From the NCBI GenBank assembly GCA_009993005.1, contig JAACUH010000067.1, positions 6,848-70,847 of the forward strand: a DNA stretch of 64,000 nucleotides, given 5' to 3'. Both the position numbers and the translations under genes were made by a program. The stretch is from Rhodobacterales bacterium. Lineage in GTDB: Bacteria > Pseudomonadota > Alphaproteobacteria > Rhodobacterales > Rhodobacteraceae. A model generated the notes under the pieces. The model had not been told where the DNA came from. It saw nothing but the letters and a program-made list of their open reading frames with translations, and made no database searches. Below, one piece after another: positions 54,627 to 64,000 of this stretch. The first letter of the stretch is position 1, and every line of letters begins with the position of its first letter.

Positions 54627-56045
54627 CTAGTCCTGCCCTTTATGAAGCAGATCGTATTTGCGCAGCTTCACATAGAGCGACTGGCGCGACAGACCCAGCA
54701 TTTCGGCCGCCGCCACGCGGTTGTTCATGGTGAGTTCGACCGCCGTCTCGATGCACATCCGCTCGATCACGTCGGTCGTCTCGGCCACGATATCCTTGAG
54801 CGTCGCGGACCCCACAAGCTCCATCACCGAGCGCACATTCTCGTCCGACCCCGGCGTGCCGGCGGGGCGCAGGCTGTCGGACCGGCTCGCGTCGCGAACG
54901 ACATAGCCAAAGACATCGCCCTGATCCGAGGGCAGCAGCGTCACCGCGATCTCGACCGCGCGCGGCTCTGCGAATTCGCCGGCGATGCGCGTGGGGAACA
55001 TCCGCAGCCGCCCGGCGCGGCTGGCATTGTCGATCATCACCCGCAGGTCCACCGACCCGCGCGACAGGAAATCGGCGAGGCTGCGCCCCCTGACCTTGCG
55101 GTCATGTGCCGCGTCGATCAGGTCGAGCAGGCTTTCGTTGGCCCACAGGATGGTCCCGTCCTGATCGGTAAAGAGAATCGCATCAGGCCCGCGCTGGTAA
55201 AGTGACCCCAGCAATTGCGTCAGGCTGTCGATCTCGACCTTGACGGCCTCTTCGGCCTCGATCCGGCACAGCAGGAAACGTTCGCCCGCCGCGCGGAACA
55301 GGGTCGGCGTGATGTCCACCGCCTCGCCCGTCCTGCGCTGCAAGGCGCGCACCGCCACAGGCCGGTCGGCAAGCGCCTGTTCGGCGAGGTCCACGATCAG
55401 CTCGCCCTTGCGGCTGTCCGAAAAGCTGTCGGCCAGCGGGCTTCCGACAAGCTCCTCGCGCGGGCGGCCCAGTTGCGTGGCGGCGATGCTGTTGAGGTCG
55501 GTGATATTGCCGGTATGGACCGAGACAAAGACCAGCGCCTCGCGCGTGGCCTCCATCATCACGCGAAACCGGGTGTCGAACTCGCGCTGCGCCTCGTAGT
55601 CGCGTTCCAGCGCGATCTGCGCCTTGACCAACTGGCGCTGCATCTCGGCGATCGGGCGCAGGTCACGGCCCAGCAGCAGGATCGCGCCTTCCGGCCCGAT
55701 CCGGTGCAGCGTGTAGCGGACCGGAAACTCCCACCGCCCCGCCTCATCGCTATGGTTCAACTCGACCGGCCGGCTCGCCGTCTGCCCGCCCAGGAACTCT
55801 GCCAGCCGCCGGTCGAACTTTTCGATGCTCTCGCTCGCCAGGACCTTGCGGAAATCAAGCGTTTCCCACTTCTCCATCCGGCGGAAGAAATCATTGCCGG
55901 CGTTTACCAGAACCGAAAGCACAACCCCCGCATCGTTGATCACGACCGCCAGATCGGCCAAATCGGCGATGATGTCGCCCAGGATTTCCGGAGCGATCAG
56001 GGGGATCGCGCCGCTGTTCCAGTATTTGGTCCCGCGCGAACTCAC
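54627..56045 (-). CDS. ppsR: photopigment suppressor PpsR (CrtJ), PAS-domain repressor
   Basis: ORF track 54627..56162. The start was placed at GTG 56045, because ATG 56162 would overlap ppaA by 55 nt. The C-terminal HTH is RVAAAEMLGLSRQSLYVKLRKYDLL. LLGRDLRPIAEMQRQLV resembles my recollection of R. sphaeroides PpsR. The start is uncertain. Confidence 0.9.
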   Translation of the reverse strand: MSSRGTKYWNSGAIPLIAPEILGDIIADLADLAVVINDAGVVLSVLVNAGNDFFRRMEKWETLDFRKVLASESIEKFDRRLAEFLGGQTASRPVELNHSDEAGRWEFPVRYTLHRIGPEGAILLLGRDLRPIAEMQRQLVKAQIALERDYEAQREFDTRFRVMMEATREALVFVSVHTGNITDLNSIAATQLGRPREELVGSPLADSFSDSRKGELIVDLAEQALADRPVAVRALQRRTGEAVDITPTLFRAAGERFLLCRIEAEEAVKVEIDSLTQLLGSLYQRGPDAILFTDQDGTILWANESLLDLIDAAHDRKVRGRSLADFLSRGSVDLRVMIDNASRAGRLRMFPTRIAGEFAEPRAVEIAVTLLPSDQGDVFGYVVRDASRSDSLRPAGTPGSDENVRSVMELVGSATLKDIVAETTDVIERMCIETAVELTMNNRVAAAEMLGLSRQSLYVKLRKYDLLHKGQD

Positions 56046-56107
56046 GTGCGCGGCTTTCGCCGGATGCCTCTGGGTGTCGCGCGAAAGGGTGCCTGCCGGT
56101 CCATCCG

Positions 56108-56914
56108 TCAGTTCCTTCGAACTGAATGGGGGGCGGACCGAAATCCTGTTCTTATGCCGCAATGGTCCAGCGCTTCCGACGCCACATTTGTTGCCATGGT
56201 CGCGCCGGTGATCCGCAAGATATCGTTCACATCCACATGCCGCGACCCGAGGATGCTTCCTCCGATGACGACAGGCGGCACAGGGGCCGGCGCGCGACGA
56301 ACAGTAGCGACCAATTTGCGGGCAACTTCAAGAGGATCACCCGCCGCAACCGAGATCAAAACGCCATCGAAATGGGCCTTGCGCAGAACCTCGGCAACAT
56401 CGCTGCCTTGCGCGTCCACAAGGATCCGCACCGACAGCCCCCGCCGGCGCAACTGCCCCGTCAGCAGCGTCGCGCCGAGCGTATGCTGCGCGTCCGCACA
56501 GGCGAGCACCAGAACCGAAGGCGCATTGGCCGGCGCCATGCTGTCGGCCCGCCATTCCGGCCCGAGATCGCGCAGCAGCGCATGCAGCCGCGAGCAGCCG
56601 ATGGTGACCATCGCAAACCCCATGCCATCATCGACCCAGGCCTCGCCCAGCGCACGCGCCACCGCCGGCACATAGAGATCGGCAATCTCCTCGCAGCGAA
56701 TCCCCTGCCGCTGGATCTCGGCCACGGCCGGCCCGAAACCGGCCCGCTCGCGGCTTGTCGCAACGGCCACAAGCCGCGCCACGATCTTCGGGTCGGCCAG
56801 GCGCGGCCCCTTGTGCGTCGCAACAACCTTGAGCGCGCGCTCTGCCAGGGTCTCGACCAGGTCGTCAGGGTTGTTACCCGACTCCTTGAGGCCGACATGG
56901 GGACTTTCCGACAT
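56108..56914 (-). CDS. ppaA: cobalamin-binding antirepressor PpaA/AerR
   Basis: ORF 56108..56914 with a B12-binding-domain pattern (VLACADAQHTLGATLL). It is at the canonical position upstream of ppsR and divergent from bchF. Confidence 0.85.
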   Translation of the reverse strand: MSESPHVGLKESGNNPDDLVETLAERALKVVATHKGPRLADPKIVARLVAVATSRERAGFGPAVAEIQRQGIRCEEIADLYVPAVARALGEAWVDDGMGFAMVTIGCSRLHALLRDLGPEWRADSMAPANAPSVLVLACADAQHTLGATLLTGQLRRRGLSVRILVDAQGSDVAEVLRKAHFDGVLISVAAGDPLEVARKLVATVRRAPAPVPPVVIGGSILGSRHVDVNDILRITGATMATNVASEALDHCGIRTGFRSAPHSVRRN

Positions 56915-57005
56915 CGCTCAACTCCAGCCGTGCGCGCCTCGCTTCTCGCCGCACGGCTTTCTGGACACCACGTGTTCCAAACATTGTCAATGACAGGTCA
57001 GCCAA

Positions 57006-57023
57006 TGTCAAAGTAAATTGACA
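57006..57023. promoter_or_regulatory. PpsR/CrtJ palindrome TGTCAAAGTAAATTGACA
   Basis: A perfect TGT-N12-ACA site in the ppaA/bchF divergent spacer. Confidence 0.8.
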
Positions 57024-57129
57024 GAGCCAGGGGCGCCAGACCGCATAAGGCCCGTTTTCTGCATCTATTTTGAATGTTTACAGTTATAATCGCGCCGATG
57101 CACCCTCTGCAAGTTTTGCGGCATAAAGT

Positions 57130-57147
57130 GTAAGTTAAAGTTGACAC
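57130..57147. promoter_or_regulatory. PpsR/CrtJ palindrome TGTAAGTTAAAGTTGACA (TTGACA -35-like; TAAAGT 18 nt downstream)
   Basis: A perfect TGT-N12-ACA site 55 nt upstream of the bchF ATG. Confidence 0.8.
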
Positions 57148-57201
57148 TCAGGCGTTGCAAACCCTAAAGTTTCCATAAAGCCGGGAACGAGAGGGCGCAA
57201 A

Positions 57202-59015
<1,814 letters not shown>

Positions 59016-59020
59016 CCCCG

Positions 59021-59071
59021 TTCATCTTTTGGCCAGAAATATCCTCGGGGGTCCGGGGGCAGACAGCCCCC
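59021..59071 (-). repeat. short structured repeat, inverted copy in bchN/bchB spacer
   Basis: The reverse complement reads GGGGGC-TGTCT-GCCCCC GGACCCCCGAGGATATTTCTGGCCAAAAGATGAA. It lacks the second hairpin. Confidence 0.8.
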
Positions 59072-59082
59072 GGCGGCCAGCC

Positions 59083-60648
59083 ATGAAGCTCACCGTCTGG
59101 ACATACGAGGGCCCGCCCCATGTCGGCGCCATGCGCGTCGCCACCGCGATGAAGGGGCTGCATTACGTCCTGCACGCGCCGCAGGGCGACACCTATGCCG
59201 ACCTCCTGTTCACCATGATCGAGCGGCGCAACCACCGCCCGCCCGTCACCTACACCACCTTCCAGGCGCGCGACCTCGGCGCCGACACGGCGCTCTTGTT
59301 CAAGGAGGCCTGCCGCGACGCGGTCGAACGCTTCGCCCCGCAGGCGATCATCGTGGGCGCCTCCTGCACGGCGGAACTGATCCAGGACGATCCCGCAGGT
59401 CTGGCCGAAACCATGGGCCTGTCGATCCCGGTGATCCCGCTCGAGCTTCCCTCCTACCAGCGCAAGGAAAACTACGGCGCGGACGAGACCTTCCTGCAGA
59501 TCGTGCGCCACCTTTCGCGCCCGCAGAACCGCACCGCGCGCGTGACCTGCAACATCCTCGGCGCCACCGCGCTGGGGTTCCGCCATCGCGACGATGTCGA
59601 GGAAATCACCGGCCTGCTGTCCGACCTCGGTGTCGAGGTGAATGTGGTGGCGCCGCTCGGGGCCACGCCAGCCGACATCGCCCGCCTGCCCGCGGCGCAT
59701 TTCAATGTGCTCCTTTACCCCGAGACCGCGGAAGCCGCCGCGCGCTGGCTGGAAAAGACCCATGGCCAGCCCTGGACGAAAACCGTCCCGCTCGGCGTCG
59801 GCGCGACCCGCGATTTCATTGCCGAAGTGCAGGCGATCACCGGGCTTGCGGCCACGGCCGATGAAGGCCGCCTGCGCCAGCCCTGGTGGAGCCGGTCGGT
59901 GGACAGCACCTATCTGACCGGCAAGCGGGTGTTCCTCTTTGGCGACGGCACCCATGTCATCGCCGCCGCGCGGATCGCGCGCGACGAGATGGGCTTCGAG
60001 GTCGCGGGGCTGGGCTGCTACAACCGCGAGATGGCGCGGCCGGTGCGGGCCCTGGCCAAGGCGATGGGCCTCGAGGCGCTGATCACCGACGACTACCTGG
60101 AGGTCGAGGCGGCGATTGCCGCTCTTGCCCCGGAGATGATCCTCGGCACCCAGATGGAGCGGCATATCGGCAAGCGGCTGGGCATCCCCTGTGCCGTGAT
60201 CTCTGCTCCGGTGCATGTGCAGGATTTCCCCGCGCGCTACAGCCCGCAGATGGGGTTCGAAGGCGCGAATGTGATCTTTGACACCTGGATCCATCCGCTG
60301 GTGATGGGGCTCGAGGAACATCTGCTGACCATGTTCCGCGACGATTTCGAGTTCCACGACGAGGCGGGTGCGTCGCATCACGGGGGCTCTGCCCCCCGCC
60401 GGCCTGCGGCCGACGTCCCCCGGGATATTTCGGGCCAAAAGATGGACGCGCCGGAGCCTGCGGTCGTGGCCGTTGCGACAGCAGACAATATCGTCTGGCT
60501 GGGCGATGCAGAGCGCGAGTTGAAGAAGATCCCGTTCTTTGTGCGCGGCAAGGCGCGGCGCAATACCGAAAGCTATGCGGCGGCGAAAGGGCTGAGCCAG
60601 ATCAGCATCGACACGCTTTACGAGGCAAAGGCCCATTATGCGCGATAG
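59083..60648 (+). CDS. bchB: light-independent protochlorophyllide reductase subunit B
   Basis: ORF track 58858..60648, trimmed to ATG 59083 ([43 protein letters not shown]). The C-terminal [14 protein letters not shown] domain is in the same frame. Confidence 0.95.
   Translation: MKLTVWTYEGPPHVGAMRVATAMKGLHYVLHAPQGDTYADLLFTMIERRNHRPPVTYTTFQARDLGADTALLFKEACRDAVERFAPQAIIVGASCTAELIQDDPAGLAETMGLSIPVIPLELPSYQRKENYGADETFLQIVRHLSRPQNRTARVTCNILGATALGFRHRDDVEEITGLLSDLGVEVNVVAPLGATPADIARLPAAHFNVLLYPETAEAAARWLEKTHGQPWTKTVPLGVGATRDFIAEVQAITGLAATADEGRLRQPWWSRSVDSTYLTGKRVFLFGDGTHVIAAARIARDEMGFEVAGLGCYNREMARPVRALAKAMGLEALITDDYLEVEAAIAALAPEMILGTQMERHIGKRLGIPCAVISAPVHVQDFPARYSPQMGFEGANVIFDTWIHPLVMGLEEHLLTMFRDDFEFHDEAGASHHGGSAPRRPAADVPRDISGQKMDAPEPAVVAVATADNIVWLGDAERELKKIPFFVRGKARRNTESYAAAKGLSQISIDTLYEAKAHYAR
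60382..60446 (+). repeat. short structured repeat, copy embedded in-frame in bchB
   Basis: The sequence is GGGGGCTCTGCCCCCCG + CGGCC-TGC-GGCCG hairpin + GACGTCCCCCGGGATATTTCGGGCCAAAAGATGGA. It is translated as ...[23 protein letters not shown]... within the BchB linker. Confidence 0.85.
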
Positions 60649-63600
60649 CAGCGATCAGGGCGCGTTCCGTTTCGTGGTGATCACGCTGGACAGCCATGCG
60701 GCCGGCCCGGCGCTGCGGGTGCGGGCGCGGCTGGCGGCGGATTATCCGGGGCTCGAGGTGGCGATCCATGCGGCGGCGGAATGGGGCGAGAACCCGGCCG
60801 CGCTGGCCAACGCGCGCCAGGATATCGCGCGGGCCAATATCATCGTCACCAACCTGCTGTTCCTCGAAGAGCATACCGCCGCGATCATGCCGGACCTGCT
60901 GGCGCGGCGCGATCATTGCGATGCGATGGTCAACCTGATTTCGGACCAGTCCATCGTGCGGCTCACCCGGATGGGCGATCTCGACATGACGCGGCCGGCG
61001 TCGGGGGCGATGAAGCTCCTGAAATCGCTCAAGCCGTCCAAGGGCAGTTCGGCGAGTGGTGCCAAGACGATGAAGGCGCTGCGCACGCTGCCCAAGCTGT
61101 TGCGGCTCATTCCCGGCAAGGCGCAGGATCTGCGCGCCTGGTTCCTGTCGATGCAATACTGGCTGGGCGGGTCGGACGACAATATCGAACAGATGATCCG
61201 GTTCCTGCTGGCGCGCTATGCAGAGCGCCCGGACTGGGCGCTGGTCAAGGCGAATGCGCCGATCGAATATCCCGAGGTGGGCGTCTATCACCCCGATCTG
61301 CCCGGCCATCACATCACCACCGACATTGCCGCGCTGCCGTCGCCTGTGGCACCTGTCGCGACGGTTGGTCTGTTGATGCTGCGGTCCTACATCCTGTCGT
61401 CGGACAATGCGCATTACAACGCGGTCATCCGCGCCTTTGAGGCCAAGGGGATGCGGGTCATTGCGGCCTTTGCCGGTGGGCTCGACGGGCGGCCGGCGGT
61501 GGAGGCCTATTTCAAGGGGCGGGTCGATGCGCTGGTGTCGCTGACCGGGTTCTCTCTGGTCGGCGGGCCGGCCTATAACGACAGTGAGGCGGCGGTGGCG
61601 ATGCTTGCGGACCTCGACGTGCCCTATATCGCCGCACATCCGCTCGAGTTCCAGACGCTGGGGCAATGGGCGGGGGCGGCGCAGGGGCTGGGGCCGATCG
61701 AGACGACGATGCTCGTGGCGCTGCCCGAGATCGACGGTGCGACCAACCCGACCGTCTATGCCGGGCGTCATGGGCCCGATGGCTGCACGGGCTGTGCTGC
61801 CGGATGTGCCGCGCAATCGGATTGCAAGGCGATGGCGCCCTGCCACGAGCGCATCGCGGTGCTGGCGGAAAAGACGCTGCGCCTCGCGCGGTTGCGGCAG
61901 TTGGGCAATGCCGACAAGAAGGTCGCGGTGGTGCTCTTCGGATTTCCGCCCAATGCGGGCGCGGTGGGCACGGCCGCCTATCTGAGCGTGTTCGAGAGCC
62001 TGCACAACACGCTGCGGCGGATGGCGGATGATGGCTACCGCGTCGATGTGCCCGCCACGGTCGATGATCTGCGCGCGGCGATCCTGCATGGCAATGCGCG
62101 CACCTATGGGCAGGAGGCCAATGTCGCGGCCCATGTCGATGCCGACACGATCGTGCGCGCCACGCCGCATCTGGCCGAGGTCGAGGCTGTCTGGGGCCCG
62201 GCGCCCGGCAAGATCCAGTCGGACGGGCGCGGCGTCTTTGTCCTGGGCCAGCAGTTCGGCAATGTGTTCGTGGGGGTGCAGCCGACCTTTGGCTATGAGG
62301 GCGACCCGATGCGCCTGCTATTCGAGCGCGGCTTTGCGCCGACGCATGCCTTTGTGCAGTTCTACCTGTGGCTGCGCAACAGCTTTGCCGCCGATGTGGT
62401 GCTGCATTTCGGGATGCATGGCGCGCTCGAGTTCATGCCGGGCAAGCAGGCGGGGATGGGGGCGGCGGACTGGCCGGACCGGCTGATCGGCGAGATGCCC
62501 AATGTCTATCTCTACGCCGCCAACAACCCCTCCGAGGCGTCGCTGGCCAAGCGGCGCAGCAATGCGGTGACGGTGACGCATCTGACGCCGCCGCTGGCTG
62601 CGGCCGGGCTCTACAAGGGGCTGGCGGACCTCAAGGACAGTCTGTCGCGCTGGCGGGTGATGGAGGCGGATGCGCATGGGCGCGCCGATCTGCTCGCGCT
62701 GATCCGCGATCAGGCGGCGGCGGTCGATCTGGCGGCGACCGACCCGGACAGGCTCTGGCTGGCCGTGCTCGAGACCGAAGGCTCGCTGATCCCCGATGGG
62801 CTGCATATCGTGGGGCGCCCGATGGCGGCGCAGGCGCGGGCCGAGATGCTGGCGCTGATGCCGCAGGCGAGCGATGCCGAGATGGCGCGGCTCGATGCGC
62901 TGCTGTCGCAGGATCATGAGCTTCCCGCGCTGATGCGGGCGCTGGGCGCGCGGTTCATCGCGCCAGTGCCGGGGGGCGACCTGATCCGGTCGCCGCAGAT
63001 CATGCCGACGGGGCGCAATATCCATGCCTTCGATCCGTTCCGCATGCCCACCGCGCATGCGCTGGCCGAGGGGATGCGGCAGGCCGATCTGCTGATCGCC
63101 ACGCATCAGAGCCTGCCGCGGTCGGTCGCGCTGGTGCTCTGGGGGTCGGACAACATCAAGTCGGACGGCACGCCGATTGCGCAGGCGCTGGCGCTGATGG
63201 GCGCGCGCCCGCGGTTTGACGGCTATGGAAGGCTCTCGGGCGCGGATCTGATCCCGCTGGCAGAGCTTGGCCGGCCGCGGGTCGATGTGGTGATGACGCT
63301 CTCGGGGATCTTTCGAGACCTGCTGCCGCTGCAAAGCCGGATGCTGGCCGAGGCCGCGCTGAAATGCGCGATGGCCGATGAGCCGGTCGCGCAGAACTTT
63401 GTGCGGGCCCATGCGCTCGCGCATATGGAGGCGATGGGCTGCGACATCGAGACGGCCGCGCTGCGGGTGTTCTCGAACGCCGAGGGTGCCTATGGCGCGA
63501 ATGTGAACGCGCTGGTGGACAGCTCTGCCTTTGGCGACGAGGACGAGCTCGCCGATGCCTATGAGGCGCGCAAGAGCTTTGCCTATGGCGTGAACGGCAA

Positions 63601-64000
63601 GGCGGTGGCGAGCCACGCGCTGTTGCAGCGCACGCTGGCGGATGTGGAGCTGGCCTATCAGAACCTCGAATCGGTCGAGCTGGGCGTGACCACGGTGGAC
63701 CATTACTTTGACACGCTCGGCGGGATCGCGCGGGCGGTGAAGCGGGCCAAGGGCGGCGTCGCGGCGCCTGTCTATATCGGCGACCAGACGCGCGGCGCGG
63801 CCAAGGTGCGCACGTTGCAGGCGCAGGTCGCTCTCGAGACGCGGGCGCGCAGCCTGAACCCCAAGTTCTATGAAGGGCTGCTGCGGCACGGCCATGAGGG
63901 CGTGCGCCAGATCGAGGCGCAGATCACCAATACGATGGGCTGGTCGGCCACGACCGGCGTGGTCGAGCCCTGGGTCTATCAGCGGCTGTCGGAGACCTTT
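60638..64000 (+). CDS. bchH: magnesium chelatase subunit H, 3' end beyond window
   Basis: My own translation from ATG 60638 gives [56 protein letters not shown]... The frame is open to the window end, so it is absent from the ORF track. It overlaps bchB by 11 nt. Confidence 0.93.
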   Translation, partial: MRDSSDQGAFRFVVITLDSHAAGPALRVRARLAADYPGLEVAIHAAAEWGENPAALANARQDIARANIIVTNLLFLEEHTAAIMPDLLARRDHCDAMVNLISDQSIVRLTRMGDLDMTRPASGAMKLLKSLKPSKGSSASGAKTMKALRTLPKLLRLIPGKAQDLRAWFLSMQYWLGGSDDNIEQMIRFLLARYAERPDWALVKANAPIEYPEVGVYHPDLPGHHITTDIAALPSPVAPVATVGLLMLRSYILSSDNAHYNAVIRAFEAKGMRVIAAFAGGLDGRPAVEAYFKGRVDALVSLTGFSLVGGPAYNDSEAAVAMLADLDVPYIAAHPLEFQTLGQWAGAAQGLGPIETTMLVALPEIDGATNPTVYAGRHGPDGCTGCAAGCAAQSDCKAMAPCHERIAVLAEKTLRLARLRQLGNADKKVAVVLFGFPPNAGAVGTAAYLSVFESLHNTLRRMADDGYRVDVPATVDDLRAAILHGNARTYGQEANVAAHVDADTIVRATPHLAEVEAVWGPAPGKIQSDGRGVFVLGQQFGNVFVGVQPTFGYEGDPMRLLFERGFAPTHAFVQFYLWLRNSFAADVVLHFGMHGALEFMPGKQAGMGAADWPDRLIGEMPNVYLYAANNPSEASLAKRRSNAVTVTHLTPPLAAAGLYKGLADLKDSLSRWRVMEADAHGRADLLALIRDQAAAVDLAATDPDRLWLAVLETEGSLIPDGLHIVGRPMAAQARAEMLALMPQASDAEMARLDALLSQDHELPALMRALGARFIAPVPGGDLIRSPQIMPTGRNIHAFDPFRMPTAHALAEGMRQADLLIATHQSLPRSVALVLWGSDNIKSDGTPIAQALALMGARPRFDGYGRLSGADLIPLAELGRPRVDVVMTLSGIFRDLLPLQSRMLAEAALKCAMADEPVAQNFVRAHALAHMEAMGCDIETAALRVFSNAEGAYGANVNALVDSSAFGDEDELADAYEARKSFAYGVNGKAVASHALLQRTLADVELAYQNLESVELGVTTVDHYFDTLGGIARAVKRAKGGVAAPVYIGDQTRGAAKVRTLQAQVALETRARSLNPKFYEGLLRHGHEGVRQIEAQITNTMGWSATTGVVEPWVYQRLSETF

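Noticed and set aside
56991-57010. TGACAGGTCAGCCAATGTCA as an extra PpsR site
   Set aside because: The half-sites are in the reverse arrangement (ACA...TGT) and do not fit TGT-N12-ACA. It was not counted, although it abuts the genuine site at 57006.
57085-57090. Perfect TATAAT hexamer upstream of bchF as a -10 box
   Set aside because: No acceptable -35 hexamer lies at 16-18 bp spacing (TTGAAT is only 9 bp away). The support is too weak to call a promoter.
60602-63895. 522-aa and 525-aa minus-strand ORFs (60602..62170, 62318..63895)
   Set aside because: They lie antisense to bchH. The plus-strand bchH frame is open from 60638 to the window end and is clearly BchH-like.

Overview
High-GC alphaproteobacterial chromosome segment of the Rhodobacter type (purple non-sulfur phototroph). 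Bases 1-26.6 kb are carbohydrate-utilisation loci: two CUT2-type sugar ABC transporters, PfkB and ROK kinases, two Gfo/Idh/MocA oxidoreductases, a TIM-barrel isomerase, an Rpe-like epimerase, a LacD/YihT-like class I aldolase, uxuA plus an SDR, and GntR and SorC regulators. This part also holds a MoxR AAA+/VWA pair, an HpcH aldolase and ilvD. Bases 26.6-64 kb are about 37 kb of a photosynthesis gene cluster (PGC) in Rhodobacter order: bchO-bchD-bchI-crtA | crtI-crtB-tspO | (M19 dipeptidase)-crtC-crtD | crtE-crtF-bchC-bchX-bchY-bchZ-pufQ-(pufK-like)-pufB-pufA-pufL-pufM-pufX | dxs | (secreted hypothetical)-idi-bchP-pucC-like-bchG-ppsR-ppaA | bchF-bchN-bchB-bchH (runs off the window). Ten perfect TGT-N12-ACA PpsR/CrtJ palindromes lie in the five divergent or upstream PGC spacers. 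The most unusual signals are listed here. (1) A structured 50-65 bp repeat family with five copies; one is read through in-frame inside bchB, one fills the bchX/bchY junction and one the bchN/bchB spacer. (2) A PufX homologue with a roughly 50-residue Ala/Glu/Pro tail. (3) A CrtC-like reading frame that extends into the crtD 3' end with no canonical start codon. (4) Recurrent 12-bp tandem repeats (ROK gene 5' end, dxs downstream spacer, crtI 3' end). (5) Two non-photosynthesis genes embedded in PGC operons. (6) A ROK/P-loop kinase fusion. I recognised no rRNA, tRNA, CRISPR array, transposase or integrase. Most long ORFs in the six-frame track are antisense or alternative-frame shadows of real genes, as expected in high-GC DNA.
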